32,000 nt of DNA from Erysipelotrichaceae bacterium (GTDB taxonomy: Bacteria > Bacillota_I > Bacilli_A > Erysipelotrichales > Erysipelotrichaceae): positions 1 through 32,000 of the forward strand of contig JAUVVC010000002.1 of NCBI GenBank assembly GCA_030604855.1, read 5' to 3'. Below the pieces are notes generated by a model. The model did no database searches, was not told the origin of the DNA, and saw only the letters and a list, made by a program, of their open reading frames with translations. Below are positions 16,646 to 25,930 of the stretch, one piece after another; positions within the stretch are counted from its first letter, which is position 1; every line of letters starts with the position of its first letter. Both the position numbers and the translations under genes were made by a program.

Positions 16646-17883
16646 ATATCAAAGAATACTGGTTGTTTAAAACAGCGCATGTCTTGATAGAAAAATATGG
16701 GTATCAATTGATTGATGTCCGTCCAATTCAAGAAGAAATTTGGTTGAACAACCCCAAAAAAGAAGCCTATGGTTTAGTTCGACTCTCCTTAGCGAGTGGT
16801 TTTAACATTCAATCCATAGAAGAACGTACGCACAAGATCCGTGAAGCCATTGAACAGGTCATGAGCTCACAACCCACGTTTTGGGATGTGCAGATCGATG
16901 ATGAGGGAACATTGGAAGAGACCAACCCCGATGGCATGCATTGTGTCATCAGTCCGGAAGCTTTGGACAATGGATTTGTTCAACAGTTTCCTGAGCTGAA
17001 GGATGCGTTTGTCAATGTCGAAGATCCCAATCAAGAACTGGAAGAAATCAAAGAAAAAATCAAAGCCATGCGTAAATCCAACAAGCCCAAGACCTTAAGG
17101 GATCAAGTCAAAATTATACCCCGTGGTACCATGATCATTACAGCCGTGATCATCAGCATCACGCTTTTATTGATGGGTATGCGCTTCATCGGTTATGATG
17201 TTTTCGCATCCGCCATCTTCATCGGGGCATATTATAAAACCTTCGTCTTAGCCAACAATGAATACTGGCGTTTGCTTACGACGGGTTTCATTCACATCGA
17301 TATCTTCCATGTGTTGATGAACTCCATTGCATTGATCAATATCGGTAGTTTCATTGAACGACTTTATGGAACGAAGCGTTTCCTGATCATCTTGATCAAC
17401 GGCATCTTCTTTGGGACCTTCTTCGTCTTCGCTGCTGAGGGCAACAACCTTGTGGTGGGCATCAGTGGAGGCTTATACGCATTGTTGGGTGTGATGTTGG
17501 TGTATCTGTATGAAAGTGGTTTGATGCGTCAGCCCATGATTCGATCACAAATCATGCGGATGGTTTTTATCAATGTCTTGATCAACTTCATTCCACAAGT
17601 CAGTGTTCTGGGTCATATGGGCGGCTTGATCGTCGGCATCTTGTTGGGATTCATGTTATCGAGAAAACCAACTTGGGCAGCTTTGCGTAAACATGGTTAC
17701 CTAGCCTTGATCGTTTTAAGCATGGCGGTCGTAACTTTGGCTGCACAGAATCAGAATTATCTTCCACTCTATGGTCAAACCGATCAATGGGTCTTGGATA
17801 TCGCGGAAGATGTGGGTTTAAAAGGGTATGCAGAGCATATGGATCAAAGGTTATTTGATTATTATCAAGAGGTAGGACAATGA
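16642..17883 (+). CDS. gluP: rhomboid family intramembrane serine protease (GluP/YqgP-like)
   Basis: Rhomboid core with HIDIFHVLMN, GISGGLYALLG (Ser) and GHMGGLIVG (His). The ~160-aa cytoplasmic N-terminal domain (EYWLFKTAHVLIEKYGYQLI..EIWLNNPKKEAYGLVRL) resembles the B. subtilis YqgP N-domain as I recall it. ATGA overlap with rluD. Confidence 0.85.
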   Translation: MNIKEYWLFKTAHVLIEKYGYQLIDVRPIQEEIWLNNPKKEAYGLVRLSLASGFNIQSIEERTHKIREAIEQVMSSQPTFWDVQIDDEGTLEETNPDGMHCVISPEALDNGFVQQFPELKDAFVNVEDPNQELEEIKEKIKAMRKSNKPKTLRDQVKIIPRGTMIITAVIISITLLLMGMRFIGYDVFASAIFIGAYYKTFVLANNEYWRLLTTGFIHIDIFHVLMNSIALINIGSFIERLYGTKRFLIILINGIFFGTFFVFAAEGNNLVVGISGGLYALLGVMLVYLYESGLMRQPMIRSQIMRMVFINVLINFIPQVSVLGHMGGLIVGILLGFMLSRKPTWAALRKHGYLALIVLSMAVVTLAAQNQNYLPLYGQTDQWVLDIAEDVGLKGYAEHMDQRLFDYYQEVGQ

Positions 17884-18359
17884 AAAGAGCCAATGCGATC
17901 AGTTGGGAGACTTACTTCATGGGCATTGCCCATTTGTCTGCATTACGTTCAAAAGACCCCAACACACAAGTCGGGGCCGTTATCGTCGATCCAGAACATA
18001 AAGTCGTAAGCATTGGATACAATGGCTTTCCCAAAGGCTGCTCCGATGATGAATATCCTTGGGAGAACGAAGGTTCGAGCTTAGAAACAAAGTATGTGTA
18101 TGTCGTGCATGCGGAACTGAATGCGATTCTGAACAGTCCACGTTCGGTCAAAGGTTGTTCGATTTATGTGTCTTTGTTTCCATGTCATGAATGTGCCAAA
18201 GCCATCATTCAATCGGGGATTCAAGAAATCGTGTATGAATCGGATAAATACGCGGCCAGCGAGAGTGTACTGGCGAGCAAGCGCATGTTGGAGAGTGCGG
18301 GCGTCAAAATGGTTCAACTCACCAAAAAAGTAAAAGTCGAAGTAATGGAGCACATTTAG
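17880..18359 (+). CDS. comEB: dCMP deaminase (ComEB-type)
   Basis: 159 aa with zinc motifs HAELNAI and PCHECAKAI. ATGA overlap with the rhomboid gene. Confidence 0.9.
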   Translation: MKRANAISWETYFMGIAHLSALRSKDPNTQVGAVIVDPEHKVVSIGYNGFPKGCSDDEYPWENEGSSLETKYVYVVHAELNAILNSPRSVKGCSIYVSLFPCHECAKAIIQSGIQEIVYESDKYAASESVLASKRMLESAGVKMVQLTKKVKVEVMEHI

Positions 18360-18372
18360 CGCTCCATTTTTT
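18345..18372 (+). terminator. terminator-like hairpin embedded in the convergent gene overlap
   Basis: Stem atggagc (18345-18351) / gctccat (18361-18367), 9-nt loop containing the comEB stop codon, followed by tttttt. The T-run is present on the + strand only. Confidence 0.45.
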
Positions 18373-19198
18373 GTGTGTTTTTAAAGTGGAGCTTAGCGAC
18401 TTCATGAAGTCGTTCGAATCCATATTGATCGACAAAACGTTGAGCGGCCTGATCGACCAAAGCACCGGATCCTTTTGGGAACGTGAATTGATATTGTTCC
18501 TCCATTTGTTTCCAAACCTGAAGGAAACGATCGCGTGCAATGATGGAAGCACAAGCAACCGCAAGATATTTATTCTCAGCTTTGGTCTCAAAGCGTAAAG
18601 CTTTGAAGACATCTTGTTCATTTTTCAAATACTTGAAATATTGCGTTTCCGGCGTGAATTGATCGATGACATTCAGGACTGGCGTGAACTTGAGTTTCGT
18701 GATCAAATGTTTATACGCTTGATTGTGGAGTTTGGCTTTGATCGCATTGAGATTGTTTGTTTGTTGGATTTGATTGTATTTCGCATTCTGAACGATCAAA
18801 ACACTATAGGGTAACAGCTCCATCAACGTTGGGGCGATTTTTTGAATCATCGAATCATCAATGGTCTTTGAATCTTGGATCCCCAGATCTTTGATTAAGG
18901 CATGATGTTCATCATCCACAAAACAAGCCGCAACCACAACTGGCCCAAAGTAATCGCCGGTCCCCACCTCATCACTTCCGGCGTGTGGAGTGAAGCTCGT
19001 TTTTTGGCTCACACCCATGAAATCGATGTCGGCACCTTGTATGACGACTTTTCCGGATGTGTAGATGCTAATGGTGCATTCGGGTAGACGATAAAAAGCA
19101 TCGATGTAAGGATTATTGACGGTACTGAGGTATTTTTTGTATTTCAGCTTGAGCTTTTGAATCTCGGCTGGTGTAAGTAAAGTGCTTTTAGTTGGCAT
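18356..19198 (-). CDS. rnhC: ribonuclease HIII
   Basis: 280 aa. An N-terminal TBP-like region is followed by the RNase H fold with GSDEVGTGDYFGP and ACASIIARD. Its 3' end overlaps comEB by 4 nt in convergent orientation. Confidence 0.88.
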   Translation of the reverse strand: MPTKSTLLTPAEIQKLKLKYKKYLSTVNNPYIDAFYRLPECTISIYTSGKVVIQGADIDFMGVSQKTSFTPHAGSDEVGTGDYFGPVVVAACFVDDEHHALIKDLGIQDSKTIDDSMIQKIAPTLMELLPYSVLIVQNAKYNQIQQTNNLNAIKAKLHNQAYKHLITKLKFTPVLNVIDQFTPETQYFKYLKNEQDVFKALRFETKAENKYLAVACASIIARDRFLQVWKQMEEQYQFTFPKGSGALVDQAAQRFVDQYGFERLHEVAKLHFKNTQKMER

Positions 19199-19263
19199 CG
19201 CTTCTAGTTTATCATAGGTTTGTATTTAAACCCATAATCCATTAAACTATTGTTGAGGTTCTT

Positions 19264-20025
19264 ATGACAATTCCAGAAACATTTCACCCTTATTTCGATA
19301 TCCTTCTCTTAGCACTGATGGTATTCGTGCTTTGGCGTAGTTACCATAAAGGTCTATTATTGTTGGTGCTTGAAAGCATCAGTCTTTTTGTGGCCTTATT
19401 TTTAGCTTGGCTATTGGCTGCACCTTTAGCTCAAGCCTTACCCTTGTATCAAGCAGATGAAGCGCTCTTGGCGCTCCCCATCATTGGACCTTTTGTCAGT
19501 GTCCAAATCAATGGTTTGTTGTGGTTTGTGATTGTCTTCATCATCGTGAGTGTGATTCTGTTCTTGATGAAACCCATCTTTGGGGGCATTGGTAAAGTAC
19601 CTCTACTCAAAGGTGTGAATCATATCTTAGGTTTGGCTTTCGGCTTCCTTCAAGTGGCTTTATATGGCTTTCTGATCTATATTCTCCTTTTGACCCCTTT
19701 GATCAAGAATGGTCAAGATGTTTTGGCGACCAGCCAACTTAAACACATGGGTCCACTTACCTCAAGTTTGACAAAGAGCTTGAACTTAGAAGAAGTCAGT
19801 CTCTTGAAAATCTTCAATCCCGATTCAATCAGTGCTGAGGATGAAGTCAAGATAAAACTTTGGTTGAGTGAGCGTGAGATTGAGCCGATGCATCAAGACA
19901 TCCTCCTCAAGATCATCAAACACGATCAGCTTGATGCGGATGAACTTAACGAATTGCGTTCTTGGCTGAATAGTTTTGCCTTGAGTGCCGACAAAATAAA
20001 TGAACTGATTGAAGGATTGAAATAA
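19264..20025 (+). CDS. CvpA family membrane protein (YshB-like position) with a repeat-containing C-terminal tail
   Basis: 253 aa. Four TM helices, SD GAGG 5 nt upstream, and the location between rnhC and mutS2 matches B. subtilis yshB. Confidence 0.75.
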   Translation: MTIPETFHPYFDILLLALMVFVLWRSYHKGLLLLVLESISLFVALFLAWLLAAPLAQALPLYQADEALLALPIIGPFVSVQINGLLWFVIVFIIVSVILFLMKPIFGGIGKVPLLKGVNHILGLAFGFLQVALYGFLIYILLLTPLIKNGQDVLATSQLKHMGPLTSSLTKSLNLEEVSLLKIFNPDSISAEDEVKIKLWLSEREIEPMHQDILLKIIKHDQLDADELNELRSWLNSFALSADKINELIEGLK

Positions 20026-20026
20026 C

Positions 20027-22318
20027 ATGACTTGGGACGTATTGGAATATCCGCTCATCTTGGATGAGATCGCACAGTATACACAGTTTTCTTTATCCAG
20101 AAAGATGATCCTTGATTTGAAGCCAAGCTTCAAACCGCTTTGGGTCAATCGAGAGAACAAGCGTTCTTTTGAAGCCATGGAGCTTTTACGCCTGCATGGA
20201 CCGTGTCCGATGGCAGGAATGAAAGACATTCGTTTGACCTTAGAGAAAGCATCCAAAGACATGGTTCTGGGGATGGATGAGTTGATGGATGTGGCTGTGT
20301 TTGGAAGAGGGGTTCACCTTGCGAAACAGTACCATCAGAAAGCAGAAATCAAACTTGAAGCACTCAATGATCTTTTTGAGTCGCTTCAGGAAAATGTGAA
20401 AGTATCACAAGCCATCGAGGCCTGCATCAGTCCCAATATTGAAATGATGGATCAGGCATCTTCGAATCTGGCGCAAATCCGTCAGAAGTTACGTAGAGCA
20501 CTGTCTGAAAGAGACGGGGCGGTGCAGCGATTCATGCAGACGCATGCGTCAAGCTTAGCAGACAACATCTCCACGATCCGTAACGATCGTGTCGTTGTCT
20601 TGATCAAGGCAAGTGATAAGAATAAGGTCGGTGGTTTGATTCACGGGGAATCCGCATCGGGACTCTCTGCTTATGTGGAACCACCCGTTCTTTTGGAGTT
20701 GAACAATCGGATTCAAGAAGCCCTCACTCAGGAACAAGAAGAAATCTTTGCCATTTGCAAAGCCTTGAGTGCTTTGATCAAACCCATCAGTGACAATTAC
20801 CTCCATGCCTTGGAAACCATGGCGTATTTGGATACCTATTTTGCACGAGCCTACTATGGTGAGAAACACCAAGGGCGTACGGCAAGCATCTCTGAAGATA
20901 AACAGATCTATCTCAAGGATGCGCGTCATCCTTTGATCGATGCGGACCATGTCGTTGCCAACACGTATCGCATGGATGACAAACATCCGATCCTTTTGAT
21001 TACCGGTCCGAATACCGGGGGGAAGACGGTCAGTTTGAAAATCGTTGGTTTATTCACCTTGATGGCCTACAGTGGCATCCCAGTCTTGGCGGATGAAGCC
21101 ATCGTCCCCATGTTCGATCAGATTTTCGTGGACATCGGGGATGATCAATCCATTGTGCAGAGCCTTTCCACATTCTCTGCTCACTTGTCCAAATTGGCAC
21201 AATTGACCGATAAGGCCACTTCAAATTCCTTGGTTCTTTTGGATGAACTCGGCGGGGGTACCGATCCGCAAGAAGGAGAAAGCTTGGCCATCGCCATCTT
21301 GGAATTTTTGCGTACGAAAGGGGTCAAGGTCATTGCGACGACCCATTACTCCAAGTTGAAAGAATATGCACTGATCCATCGGGACATCTTACTTGCCTCG
21401 GTTCAGTTTGATATGGAAGCCATGCGTCCTACCTTTAGGTATTTGGAAGGCATCGCAGGGCAATCCTTTGCCTTTGAAATCGCAGCCCGTTTCAATCTCA
21501 ACCCGAAGATTCTGGAACATGCGAAGGAATTAAAATTAGCAGCGAAGTCCGAACTTGCCTTACTGCAGGAACGTTTGGATCAAAAGATGTTGGAACTCAA
21601 ACAATGGGAAGAGAAATTGGATTCAGCTCAGGCAGAACTCAATCAGGAACGCAATACGCTTCAACAGAAACTCCAACAATTTGAAGCACAAAAAGAAAAG
21701 AAACAAGCTGAACTCCAAGAAGCTTTGGATGAACTCTATGAGGAAGCTCAGATTGAAGCTGAAGTGATTCTCAGTGAGATGCGCTCGCAGGACCAGCCCT
21801 TGCACACCTTGATTGAAAAGAAGAAACAACTCTCGCAAAAACGACCGCAAGTCAAAACAGAGAAACCATTGGAAAACATTGAAATCGGTCAGTGGGTCAA
21901 ACTCAAAGCCACCAACCAACAAGGAAAGGTCATCCAACTGAAGAAAAAGGTTGTGGTGGTCATGATCAATGGCATCCGCATGGAAGTCTCTCCCAGTCAA
22001 TTGGCTTTAGGCAATGCGCCAAAAGCACAGAAATCCATCACCATCACCCAAGAAGCCGTCCCAACGGTACCGCTTGAGCTCAATGTGATCGGGTATCGGG
22101 TTGAGGAAGCCCTTCCCATCGTAAGCCAATACATTGATCAGTGTTTACGTGCCAAGATGCCGTTCGCGCGCATCATCCATGGTCATGGGACCGGTGCACT
22201 CAGACAAGCCGTACATGGCTTGTTGGCGAAACAGGAACGCATTGAAAGCTATCGTCTCGGTGGCCAAGGCGAGGGGGGCGTCGGTGCCACTGTCGTGCAA
22301 TTCAAGGGTCAGTCATGA
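20027..22318 (+). CDS. mutS2: endonuclease MutS2 (Smr domain)
   Basis: 763 aa. Walker A GPNTGGKT, DELGGGTDP, a K/E/Q-rich coiled coil, and a C-terminal Smr domain (HGHGTGALR). Confidence 0.95.
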   Translation: MTWDVLEYPLILDEIAQYTQFSLSRKMILDLKPSFKPLWVNRENKRSFEAMELLRLHGPCPMAGMKDIRLTLEKASKDMVLGMDELMDVAVFGRGVHLAKQYHQKAEIKLEALNDLFESLQENVKVSQAIEACISPNIEMMDQASSNLAQIRQKLRRALSERDGAVQRFMQTHASSLADNISTIRNDRVVVLIKASDKNKVGGLIHGESASGLSAYVEPPVLLELNNRIQEALTQEQEEIFAICKALSALIKPISDNYLHALETMAYLDTYFARAYYGEKHQGRTASISEDKQIYLKDARHPLIDADHVVANTYRMDDKHPILLITGPNTGGKTVSLKIVGLFTLMAYSGIPVLADEAIVPMFDQIFVDIGDDQSIVQSLSTFSAHLSKLAQLTDKATSNSLVLLDELGGGTDPQEGESLAIAILEFLRTKGVKVIATTHYSKLKEYALIHRDILLASVQFDMEAMRPTFRYLEGIAGQSFAFEIAARFNLNPKILEHAKELKLAAKSELALLQERLDQKMLELKQWEEKLDSAQAELNQERNTLQQKLQQFEAQKEKKQAELQEALDELYEEAQIEAEVILSEMRSQDQPLHTLIEKKKQLSQKRPQVKTEKPLENIEIGQWVKLKATNQQGKVIQLKKKVVVVMINGIRMEVSPSQLALGNAPKAQKSITITQEAVPTVPLELNVIGYRVEEALPIVSQYIDQCLRAKMPFARIIHGHGTGALRQAVHGLLAKQERIESYRLGGQGEGGVGATVVQFKGQS

Positions 22319-24078
22319 GTATCCAAGATAAGCTCGCCAGTTTACCGATGGAGCCAGGCTGTTACCTGATGAAGGATCAACAGGGACAGATCATCTATGT
22401 CGGTAAAGCGAAAAAGCTCAAGAATCGCGTCAATAATTATTTTACGGGCGCGCATGATTATAAAACGACCAAGTTGGTCAGTTTGATCCATGACTTTGAC
22501 ATCATTGTGACGGATACGGAAAAAGAATCCTTAATTTTGGAAATCAATCTGATCAAGAAACATCGTCCACGCTTCAATATCATGTTCATGGACGATAAAT
22601 CCTATCCCTACATCAAGATCACCCAAGAGAAGTATCCACGCCTAAGTGTCGTACGCGAACTTAAGAAAGACAAAAAGGCCAATTATTATGGTCCTTTTCC
22701 CGATGCCAGTGCGGCTCATAATATGGCCACGTTGTTGAATTCGATTTATCCCTTGCGCAAATGCCGTACCCTTCCTAAAAAAGTGTGTCTTTATTATCAT
22801 CTAGGCCAATGCTTGGGACCCTGTGAGTTTCCGGTTGAAGAGAATGTTTATCCTGAGATGCTCAAAGAAATCATTCAAGTCCTCAAAGGGGACGATAAGG
22901 ATTTACGCAAACGTCTAACAACGGAAATGCAGAAGGCGACGGATGCCTTGAATTATGAAAAGGCCATTGAGTATCGGGATTATCTCAGATCTTTGGATCA
23001 CATCAACGATAAACAGAATGTCAATCAAGAAACGCGTACCGATCGCGATGCCTTCAACTACTATGAGAAGGATGGGGTATTGACCATTGCGGCTTTGATC
23101 GTCCGCGGTGGCCAATTGATGGATCGCCATCTAGTCAGTGCCATCTTGGTTGAAGACGCACAAGAGAGCTTTGAACAGTTCATTCTTCAATATTACGATA
23201 AACAAGTGAAACCGAAAGAACTTTTGTTGCCATTTGGCATGGATGTCCGTAATCTTGAAGAGATTCTGGAAATCAAGGTTCATCAACCGCAACGGGGTGA
23301 ACTACGTCAACTCATGGATCTTGTGTTGAAGAATGCGATGAACTATCATCGTCAATACGGTATGATGATCCAACGCAACCAAAGTAAACAAGATAAAGCC
23401 TTGGAAGATTTGGCTTCTCTTTTGAACTTAGACGATGTGAACACCATCGAGTTGGTGGACAACTCACATACCCAAGGTCAATTGGCTACTTCAGCGGTGG
23501 TCGTATTCAAACATGGGAAAGCCTTTAAACAAGACTATCGCATCTATCATCTACACAATGAAGCGGATGATGTCCGCAATATGGAAGAAGTCATTTACAG
23601 ACGCTATTTGAGAATGCTTAAAGAGTCTAAAGCCTTCCCGAGTGTTCTCTTGGTGGATGGTGGTTTTCTTCAAATACAAGGAACCTTACGCAGCCTAGAG
23701 CTGTTGGATGTGAATATCCCGGTCTTTGGCTTGGTCAAAGATGAGAAACATCAAACCTCGGCTCTGATGGATCGCAAAGGCAATCGCATTGAGTTGAAAG
23801 ATTCCATAGAGACGTTTTACTTATTGACACGCATGCAAGATGAAGTGCATCGTTTCGTCCTCTCGCAACACCAAAAACGTCGCTCTAAGGCCCAGACCAC
23901 TTCCGTCTTGGATGACATTGAAGGGGTTGGACCAAAGCGTAAACAAGCATTGCTTAAGCGATTCAAATCGGTTAAAGGCATCCTTGAGGCCAGTGATGAA
24001 CAACTTACAGAAGTGATTGGACCAAGCTTAGCAAAAACGATTAAGCAGCGTATTCAAGCCAAACAAGAAATGGTATAA
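22315..24078 (+). CDS. uvrC: excinuclease ABC subunit C
   Basis: 587 aa. GIY-YIG N-terminus (GCYLMKD..IIYVGKAKKLKNRV), UVR domain, and C-terminal (HhH)2 (IEGVGPKRKQALLKRF). ATGA overlap with mutS2. Confidence 0.95.
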   Translation: MSIQDKLASLPMEPGCYLMKDQQGQIIYVGKAKKLKNRVNNYFTGAHDYKTTKLVSLIHDFDIIVTDTEKESLILEINLIKKHRPRFNIMFMDDKSYPYIKITQEKYPRLSVVRELKKDKKANYYGPFPDASAAHNMATLLNSIYPLRKCRTLPKKVCLYYHLGQCLGPCEFPVEENVYPEMLKEIIQVLKGDDKDLRKRLTTEMQKATDALNYEKAIEYRDYLRSLDHINDKQNVNQETRTDRDAFNYYEKDGVLTIAALIVRGGQLMDRHLVSAILVEDAQESFEQFILQYYDKQVKPKELLLPFGMDVRNLEEILEIKVHQPQRGELRQLMDLVLKNAMNYHRQYGMMIQRNQSKQDKALEDLASLLNLDDVNTIELVDNSHTQGQLATSAVVVFKHGKAFKQDYRIYHLHNEADDVRNMEEVIYRRYLRMLKESKAFPSVLLVDGGFLQIQGTLRSLELLDVNIPVFGLVKDEKHQTSALMDRKGNRIELKDSIETFYLLTRMQDEVHRFVLSQHQKRRSKAQTTSVLDDIEGVGPKRKQALLKRFKSVKGILEASDEQLTEVIGPSLAKTIKQRIQAKQEMV

Positions 24079-24079
24079 T
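24071..24079 (+). promoter_or_regulatory. extended -10 promoter element overlapping the uvrC stop; predicted TSS at or next to ATG 24087
   Basis: TGgTATAAT (24071-24079) followed by 7 nt (atccact) and ATG 24087. There is no SD before murI. Confidence 0.45.
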
Positions 24080-24086
24080 ATCCACT

Positions 24087-24857
24087 ATGACGATTGGTAT
24101 CATCGATTCCGGCCTCGGTGGCTACAGCATCTTTCATGCCTTGCATCAAGCGTATCCCAGCGCTGCTTTTTACTTTCTCGCCGATCAGAAGAATGCACCT
24201 TATGGGAATAAGACAGCACTTGAGATTCAAAACATCGCAACAAAGAACATACAATGGTTCATCGATCATGGGATCCATGAGATCGTGATCGCCTGCAACA
24301 CCATGAATGCGGTTGCGCTTCCGGTGTTGAAGGAACGCTTTCCCACGGTGGTCTTTCATGAGGTCGTGGAACCGACCCTTGAACAGATTCCAAACGATAC
24401 AAAATCCCTCTTGGTTGTGGCAACCAAACTTACCATCCAGAGTGAGATCTACACAAAAGCCTTGAGACAACGTTTTCCAAGAATGAAGATTCATGCGTCC
24501 GTCTTACCTGAATTGGTCAGTATGGTGGAAGGAATGCGGTCTCAAGCGGATATGCAAGCATATATAGAGCAAGAGCTCTCGCAGGAGAGTTTACATGCGG
24601 ATGCCTTGATTCTAGGATGCACACATTATCCTTTGGCGCGTCCTGCGTTCAACCATGTCTTCAAACAGAACATTTATGATTCCATTCAAGTGATGGTGGA
24701 CCAATTTAAAGACAAGAAATTGGTGGAAGGTGAAGTCAAATGCTTCACGACCAAAGATGCCATCTATGCGCACATACAAGTCAAAGAACTCTTTCAAAGT
24801 GACGTTGACTTTACTAAAATAGAGGTAGACCATGAAACAGATCCTCGTTGTCAGTGA
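24087..24857 (+). CDS. murI: glutamate racemase
   Basis: 256 aa. Motifs IIDSGLGGYS, IACNTMN (Cys) and ILGCTHYP (Cys). Confidence 0.93.
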   Translation: MTIGIIDSGLGGYSIFHALHQAYPSAAFYFLADQKNAPYGNKTALEIQNIATKNIQWFIDHGIHEIVIACNTMNAVALPVLKERFPTVVFHEVVEPTLEQIPNDTKSLLVVATKLTIQSEIYTKALRQRFPRMKIHASVLPELVSMVEGMRSQADMQAYIEQELSQESLHADALILGCTHYPLARPAFNHVFKQNIYDSIQVMVDQFKDKKLVEGEVKCFTTKDAIYAHIQVKELFQSDVDFTKIEVDHETDPRCQ

Positions 24858-25323
24858 CACGCATGGACGTAACAGCGTCCATCAAGAATTACGTAGTCTC
24901 TATCCCCATGCGGAAGCTTATCTGCATTGTGGGGACAGTGAAAGCCCAGCCAGTGAACTGGATGGTTTCGTTTCGGTCAAAGGCAACAACGATCAATATT
25001 ATGATTATCCAACACAGGTCATTTTAGACTTGGATGGGGTGAGGATCCTGCTCATCCATGGTCATCAGTATCCGATGTATCACATGGTCGAACGTTTGAT
25101 TCTAAAAGCCAAGGAGGAACAATGCCAATTGGTTCTCTATGGTCACAGTCATGTCTTCAAGGTGACCCGTGAAGAGGGCATCACCTTGGTCAATCCAGGT
25201 TCCATTCATCACAATCGCGACGCCAGTCTACCTTCTTATGCGTTGATCACCTTAGATAAAGGTGAAATCACAGTGGAACGTAAAGAACATCCATGGCCAG
25301 AGAAAAAGCGAAAGTGGTTTTGA
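24832..25323 (+). CDS. YfcE/YsnB-type metallophosphoesterase (MJ0936 family)
   Basis: 163 aa. Calcineurin-like motifs VVSDTHG, HCGD, GNND, IHGH and GHSH. SD GAGGT lies upstream. The gene overlaps the murI 3' end by 26 nt. Confidence 0.85.
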   Translation: MKQILVVSDTHGRNSVHQELRSLYPHAEAYLHCGDSESPASELDGFVSVKGNNDQYYDYPTQVILDLDGVRILLIHGHQYPMYHMVERLILKAKEEQCQLVLYGHSHVFKVTREEGITLVNPGSIHHNRDASLPSYALITLDKGEITVERKEHPWPEKKRKWF

Positions 25324-25326
25324 TTC

Positions 25327-25355
25327 TTGAACTTAAGTTTCAAATTTGGTAAGAT
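25327..25355 (+). promoter_or_regulatory. sigma-A-type promoter for the tRNA gene
   Basis: TTGAAC (25327-25332), 17 nt, TGgTAAGAT (extended -10, 25347-25355). The predicted TSS lies a few nt before the tRNA 5' end. Confidence 0.65.
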
Positions 25356-25368
25356 GTAACAGCACCTT

Positions 25369-25445
25369 GTCCTCGTAGCTCAGCTGGACAGAGCATGCGC
25401 CTTCTAAGCGCACGGTCGGGGGTTCGAGTCCCTCCGAGGACGCCA
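25369..25445 (+). tRNA. tRNA-Arg (anticodon UCU)
   Basis: Manual cloverleaf: acceptor GTCCTCG/CGAGGAC, D-arm GCTC-AGCTGGACA-GAGC, anticodon arm TGCGC-CTTCTAA-GCGCA (TCT), variable CGGTC, T-arm GGGGG-TTCGAGT-CCCTC, discriminator G, encoded CCA. Total 77 nt. Confidence 0.93.
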
Positions 25446-25453
25446 TTATTTTG

Positions 25454-25475
25454 CCCTTATCAAAAGGGTTTTTTT
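25454..25475 (+). terminator. Rho-independent terminator after the tRNA
   Basis: Short stem ccctt (25454-25458) / aaggg (25464-25468) followed by ttttttt (25469-25475). Confidence 0.55.
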
Positions 25476-25481
25476 ATGCCC

Positions 25482-25509
25482 GAAAGAAAAGCTCAAATCA
25501 ATTGAGCTT
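25482..25509 (-). terminator. Rho-independent terminator of the minus-strand two-gene module
   Basis: Minus strand reads aagctcaa-ttgat-ttgagctt (25509-25489) followed by ttctttc. The stem begins within the stop codon. Confidence 0.55.
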
Positions 25510-25930
25510 AGAGTACGGAACCACAATGTTTACAAAAACGGGCATCCTCATCGTTAAGCGCTTGGCATTGACGACAACGGACTTTGACGACTTCTTTGGC
25601 TTGAAGCGGTAAGTCGACTTCATCCAAAACATCGTTGAGCATTCCTCCCACTTGCGAGGAATAGGGTCTCAGATCCTCTCGGGCTTGTTTGGGATCCAAA
25701 ATCAAACCTGAACCGGCTTTACCCAAACGAGCGAAGGTCATGATGCCTTGGCCGATGATGATCAAGACAAAACCGATGAAGCCGGGTGCCATGAAGCTGA
25801 AGCCCATTCGAAAAGGATCACCAAAAAATGCAAAAGCGAAGACGGATAAGAAAGAAACAAATCCGATGCCAGTTGTGATCAAACCGATGGTGTAGAATAC
25901 TTTACGTTCTTGTGAGATTTCTGATTTCAT
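25508..25930 (-). CDS. membrane protein (2 TM) with a C-terminal cytoplasmic zinc ribbon
   Basis: 140 aa. Two hydrophobic helices (aa ~14-37 and 45-67), a soluble tail, and terminal CRQC-x10-CKHC. SD GAGGAG lies upstream. The start overlaps the upstream gene's stop (ATGA). Confidence 0.6.
   Translation of the reverse strand: MKSEISQERKVFYTIGLITTGIGFVSFLSVFAFAFFGDPFRMGFSFMAPGFIGFVLIIIGQGIMTFARLGKAGSGLILDPKQAREDLRPYSSQVGGMLNDVLDEVDLPLQAKEVVKVRCRQCQALNDEDARFCKHCGSVL

Noticed and set aside
21555-22000. Alternative-frame (+, 70 aa) and antisense (-, 125 aa) ORFs in mutS2
   Set aside because: They coincide with the K/E/Q-rich coiled-coil segment of MutS2. Low-complexity repeats keep the other frames open, and nothing else supports them.
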